From Candidatus Krumholzibacteriia bacterium (GTDB lineage: Bacteria; Krumholzibacteriota; Krumholzibacteriia; LZORAL124-64-63): a DNA stretch of 18,004 nt. The notes under the pieces are model-generated. The model was not told the DNA's origin and did not search any database. It saw only the letters and a program-made list of their open reading frames with translations. A program made the position numbers and the translations under genes. Positions 14,893-18,004 of the stretch are shown piece after piece. Location of the stretch: contig JAZBOO010000391.1 in assembly GCA_036351155.1 (NCBI GenBank), positions 1 to 18,004 of the forward strand. The letters run 5' to 3'. Numbering within the stretch: the stretch's first letter is position 1; each line of letters opens with the position of its first letter.

Positions 14893-15432
14893 TCAGACCA
14901 GCTCGGCCACCGGCTCCTCCAGATCCACGGAGGATCCGTAGAGCAGGTTCATTTCCTCGCTGAGCAATATCTTCTCCAGGCTCAGCAGGATGACGGTGTT
15001 GTTTTCGGTCTTGCCCATTCCCAGGATGATGTCCGAGTTCACGGTCCCGCCAATGTTGGGGGATGACTCGATCATATCCTCGGGGATTTCCTGGACCTCG
15101 TTCACCGCTTCGACCACCACACCGATCTGGGACCCGCCCAGCTCCACCACGATGGTGCAGGTGTGCTCGGTCAACTCGGTCTGGCTGAGGCCGAACTTCA
15201 TCCTGAGGTCCACCACGGGAATGACTTTTCCCCGCAGATTGATGGTGCCCTTGGCAAACGCCGGCCACATGGGCACCGTGGTGATCTCCATCATTTTCAG
15301 GATCTCGACCACCTTCAGGATCTCGATCCCGAACTCCGTTCCGTCCAGCGCGAAGGTCAGGTATTTTCCCGCCTCACCCTGGTTGCCCACCTGGCTGGTG
15401 GCCGAGGATTGGCTGTGTTCCACATTGGTCAT
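14893..15432 (-). CDS. cheW: Chemotaxis coupling protein CheW, 179 aa
   Basis: KYLTFAL...FGIEILKVVEI...ITTVP...KGTINLRGKVIPVVDLRMKFG...IGVVVEAVNEV. Confidence 0.96.
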   Translation of the reverse strand: MTNVEHSQSSATSQVGNQGEAGKYLTFALDGTEFGIEILKVVEILKMMEITTVPMWPAFAKGTINLRGKVIPVVDLRMKFGLSQTELTEHTCTIVVELGGSQIGVVVEAVNEVQEIPEDMIESSPNIGGTVNSDIILGMGKTENNTVILLSLEKILLSEEMNLLYGSSVDLEEPVAELV

Positions 15433-15465
15433 TGCTCTTCTCCCGTTATCTATCCCATGAGGGGC

Positions 15466-15498
15466 CTGGGTGCCGGGCCATTGCGGTCCGGCACCCGG
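15466..15498. repeat. GC-rich hairpin between mcp and cheW
   Basis: CTGGGTGCCGGGCC-ATTGC-GGTCCGGCACCCGG, a 14-bp stem with 2 non-WC pairs and no U-tract. Confidence 0.5.
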
Positions 15499-15503
15499 AG
15501 CAC

Positions 15504-17468
15504 CTAGATTTCGATCAGGCTGTCGTCATCCAGGGGGATGACCTCGTCCATGGTGAAGTCGCCCAGGTCGCGATGGGCGGGAGCCTTCGCGGACCGGGAT
15601 TTCCTGAACTGGGACGGCTTCGGCAAGCTCAGGCCGCCATGGTGACCGGTGTAGACCGACCCGTTTTCGCTGGCGCTGCCAACAATTTTCACCAGTTCCT
15701 GGACCAGGGTGTTCATCTCCCCTGCCTGGGCCGACATTTCCTCGGCCGCAGAAGCCGACTCCTCGGCGCTGGCGGCGTTGGACTGGGTCACCAGATCCAT
15801 CTGGCCCACCGCCGTGTTCACTTCATCCACGCTTCGCGCCTGCTCGTCGGCGGTGGAAGAAACGTCGTTGATCAGATCAGACACCTCGATGATCCCGGTG
15901 ACCACCTCTTCCAGGATGGTCGAGACCTCGTTGGTGGCCTGTACACCCAGATCCGAGTTCTGCTTGCTGGCGTCGATCAGATCGGCTGTTCCCTTGGCCG
16001 CCTCGGCGCTGCGCTGCGCCAGATTCCGCACCTCTTCGGCCACCACGGCAAAGCCCTTACCTGCGTCGCCCGCTCGGGCCGCTTCCACCGCCGCGTTCAG
16101 GGCCAGCAGGTTGGTCTGGAAGGCGATTTCATCGATGGTCTTGATGATCTTCGCCGTCTCGTCGGAACTGTTCTTGATCTTCTCCATGGCTTCGTTCAGA
16201 CCCTTCATGGCGGCCTGACCACGCTCGGCACCGCTCTTGACTTCCTGCGAACGGCCGTTGGCGCGCTCGCTCTTGGAAGAAGACTCCTTGGCGCCCGAAG
16301 CCATCATCTCCAGGGAGGCGGGGGTTTCCTCGAGACTGCTGGCCTGTTCGCTGGCTCCTTCGGCCAGCTGCTGGCTGGCTGAAGACACCTGGCCGGAAGC
16401 GCTGGCCACCTGCTCGGCGCCCGCCTGCATACCGGAAATAACCCGGTTGATGGGTCCGGTGATGGAACGGATCATGAAGATGGCCAGCAGCACGCCCACG
16501 ATCAGAGCGGCCACCAGACCAACCAAGGTCACGGTCGAGGCGGTGGCCAGGTTGCTGGCCGCGGTGCCGGATATGCTCACAGTGGCTTCGGTCGCCGCCT
16601 CCTGCAGAACCTTGCAAGCCGCGATCATTTCTTGGCCGTCATCATTCCGCTGCTTGCCCAGAGCACCGAGGGTGTTCCATCCCACCAAAAATTCCTCCAT
16701 GGAGGCACCGTAGCCGTCAGCTGCGGCCTGGATTTTCCCCAGGCTTTCCATGTCCGCATCCGAGGTGGTCATTTTTCGTAAACTGGCCAAGCTCGAAGAA
16801 ATCTTCGGAAAATTTTTCTGCGCTTCATGAATGATGCTCGGATCACGAAGGGCTTGTGATTTGAAGGCTTTGATCCGAGTGTCATTTCCCAGATCGATCA
16901 CATCATTAATTAGCGTGATTTTTTGAAGGCGCTGTTCCAGGTCTCCAGTGCCATCAGTGATTTCTTCCGCCATTTTTCTGTTCTGGCCGGACAAGTAATC
17001 ATTGGCTTCTCTCATGTAACTGGCCGCGTTCTCATCCAGGCCCTTGCGAGCATCAGCAAGCACCGCGGTGGCAGCCCGGGTCTTTTCCATCAAATCGCCA
17101 TACTCGCCACGCACGCCGCGCAAGGTGGCCAGCTGGCCCTCGAGTTTGGTGAGATGAACAGCATTCTTGGCCAGAGCATCACCATTGGCCAGTCCCTTGT
17201 CCAGAGCCGCCAGCTCTTCTTCGGCGTTCTCATAGTACGAGTGGACTTCCGAGAGGCCGTAACCGCGCATCTGATACATCAGACGATTGGCCGCCCCACG
17301 GATCTCCGCCGAGATCTGCATCTCGGGGACATACTCGTAGGCCAGCAGATGGGAACCGTTCTTGGCCCGATTCATCTGCCAGGAGCCCATGCCACCGAGC
17401 GCCATGCTGATGGCGATCAGCAAGCCGAATCCCACTGCGATTTTCTTGCCCAACGTCAAATTACTCAT
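15504..17468 (-). CDS. Methyl-accepting chemotaxis protein with two TM helices and a large helical periplasmic sensor, 654 aa
   Basis: SD GGAGG 7 nt before ATG 17468 (track uses GTG 17471). Signalling hairpin [44 protein letters not shown]; methylation-type EE pairs. Confidence 0.96.
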   Translation of the reverse strand: MSNLTLGKKIAVGFGLLIAISMALGGMGSWQMNRAKNGSHLLAYEYVPEMQISAEIRGAANRLMYQMRGYGLSEVHSYYENAEEELAALDKGLANGDALAKNAVHLTKLEGQLATLRGVRGEYGDLMEKTRAATAVLADARKGLDENAASYMREANDYLSGQNRKMAEEITDGTGDLEQRLQKITLINDVIDLGNDTRIKAFKSQALRDPSIIHEAQKNFPKISSSLASLRKMTTSDADMESLGKIQAAADGYGASMEEFLVGWNTLGALGKQRNDDGQEMIAACKVLQEAATEATVSISGTAASNLATASTVTLVGLVAALIVGVLLAIFMIRSITGPINRVISGMQAGAEQVASASGQVSSASQQLAEGASEQASSLEETPASLEMMASGAKESSSKSERANGRSQEVKSGAERGQAAMKGLNEAMEKIKNSSDETAKIIKTIDEIAFQTNLLALNAAVEAARAGDAGKGFAVVAEEVRNLAQRSAEAAKGTADLIDASKQNSDLGVQATNEVSTILEEVVTGIIEVSDLINDVSSTADEQARSVDEVNTAVGQMDLVTQSNAASAEESASAAEEMSAQAGEMNTLVQELVKIVGSASENGSVYTGHHGGLSLPKPSQFRKSRSAKAPAHRDLGDFTMDEVIPLDDDSLIEI

Positions 17469-17621
17469 CACTCTTCCTCCATGATGTTACTGTCCCTGAT
17501 GACGATGCGCTTGACCGCTCGCCCCTTGCGAATCCCGACTCTCCTCGGAACCCGCAAAAAAAACTGATTCAAGCGGGGACGATCCCACCTGAACTGACCG
17601 CCCCTTTTCCACACAAGGGGT

Positions 17622-17649
17622 TGTTCGGTGTGAATCAGGGAAAACTTTA
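17622..17649 (-). promoter_or_regulatory. Putative sigma28 (FliA) promoter for mcp-cheW
   Basis: Minus strand TAAAGTTT-N12-ACCGAACA vs consensus TAAAGTTT-N11-GCCGATAA; sits upstream of chemotaxis genes. Confidence 0.55.
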
Positions 17650-17735
17650 GGGCAAATTTGGACATTCATTATCAGGAAAGGGCACTAGTTGTTTAAATTG
17701 TTTATACAAAACAAGTTAACACTGGAGATCGCCTG

Positions 17736-17766
17736 AAAAATCCCCAGGAGTGATCCTCCCGGGGAT
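17736..17766 (-). terminator. Intrinsic terminator of the gene ending at 17802
   Basis: Minus strand ATCCCCGGGAG-GATCA-CTCCTGGGGAT followed by TTTT. Confidence 0.7.
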
Positions 17767-17801
17767 GAGAATGGAAAAAAAACCCATTGCGGGACTTGGT
17801 T

Positions 17802-18004
17802 TTATGGTCGGGACATCACCTTGTCGCGGAGAATGATCGGCCAGTTGAGATTGGTCTCCCCGCGATCATCAACCGCTCCGCCCACAACCTCCGCATAGTC
17901 GAGATCCCAGTCCAGGCTCCGGCCATAACTGATCAGAATACCATTGCAGGATCCGGTGACATTGCCCGGTTCTCCAGGATCGGTGGGGCCGCTGACAGCC
18001 ACCA
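17802..18004 (-). CDS. 3' end of a hypothetical protein entering from the right edge
   Basis: Open frame from the edge to TAA at 17804-17802 (...GILISYGRSLDWDLDYAEVVGGAVDDRGETNLNWPIILRDKVMSRP*), followed by a terminator. Confidence 0.6.
   Translation of the reverse strand, partial: VAVSGPTDPGEPGNVTGSCNGILISYGRSLDWDLDYAEVVGGAVDDRGETNLNWPIILRDKVMSRP

Noticed and set aside
16770..16980. AT-richer stretch in the MCP sensor domain (24-26 GC per 60 nt) as a foreign insert
   Set aside because: The frame is intact, the stretch is Lys/Ile/Asn-rich, and there are no boundary repeats; too weak to call.
17469..17700. c-di-GMP riboswitch upstream of the chemoreceptor
   Set aside because: I could not find the GEMM-I features (GGCAAAC-type P2 start, GNRA tetraloop and receptor) on the coding strand.

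Overview
GC-rich bacterial window with four blocks. (1) 1-3760, minus strand: an ECF sigma factor, a membrane-bound zinc-binding (ZAS) anti-sigma factor and an exported TPR-CHAT caspase-family protease. The protease runs off the left edge and is absent from the ORF track. (2) About 3860-6190: a small accessory patch resembling a decayed integron cassette cluster with no integrase. It has one good and one degenerate attC-like site, a secreted protein with a C-terminal 'PVATEPVTMGAVKALFR' tail, a lower-GC 8-strand beta-barrel gene, a 191-bp MITE-like palindrome flanked by TAAA, a second internally deleted copy of that element, and gene remnants. (3) 6314-14831, plus strand: a tightly packed 9-gene cluster encoding an ArsR regulator, a DUF318/ArsP permease, two thioredoxin-fold proteins, CcdA, a class V PLP enzyme, a NapH/YccM-like polyferredoxin, a Tat-less Mo/W-bisPGD oxidoreductase and a fused 4x[4Fe-4S]-DmsC anchor. 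(4) 14893-18004, minus strand: cheW, a chemoreceptor with a sigma28-like promoter, and the 3' end of an unknown gene. All calls come from manual translation and motif reading; no searches were run. The most promising candidate new systems are the sigma/anti-sigma/exported-CHAT module, the ArsR-linked thiol/PLP/molybdoenzyme operon, and the attC/MITE patch.
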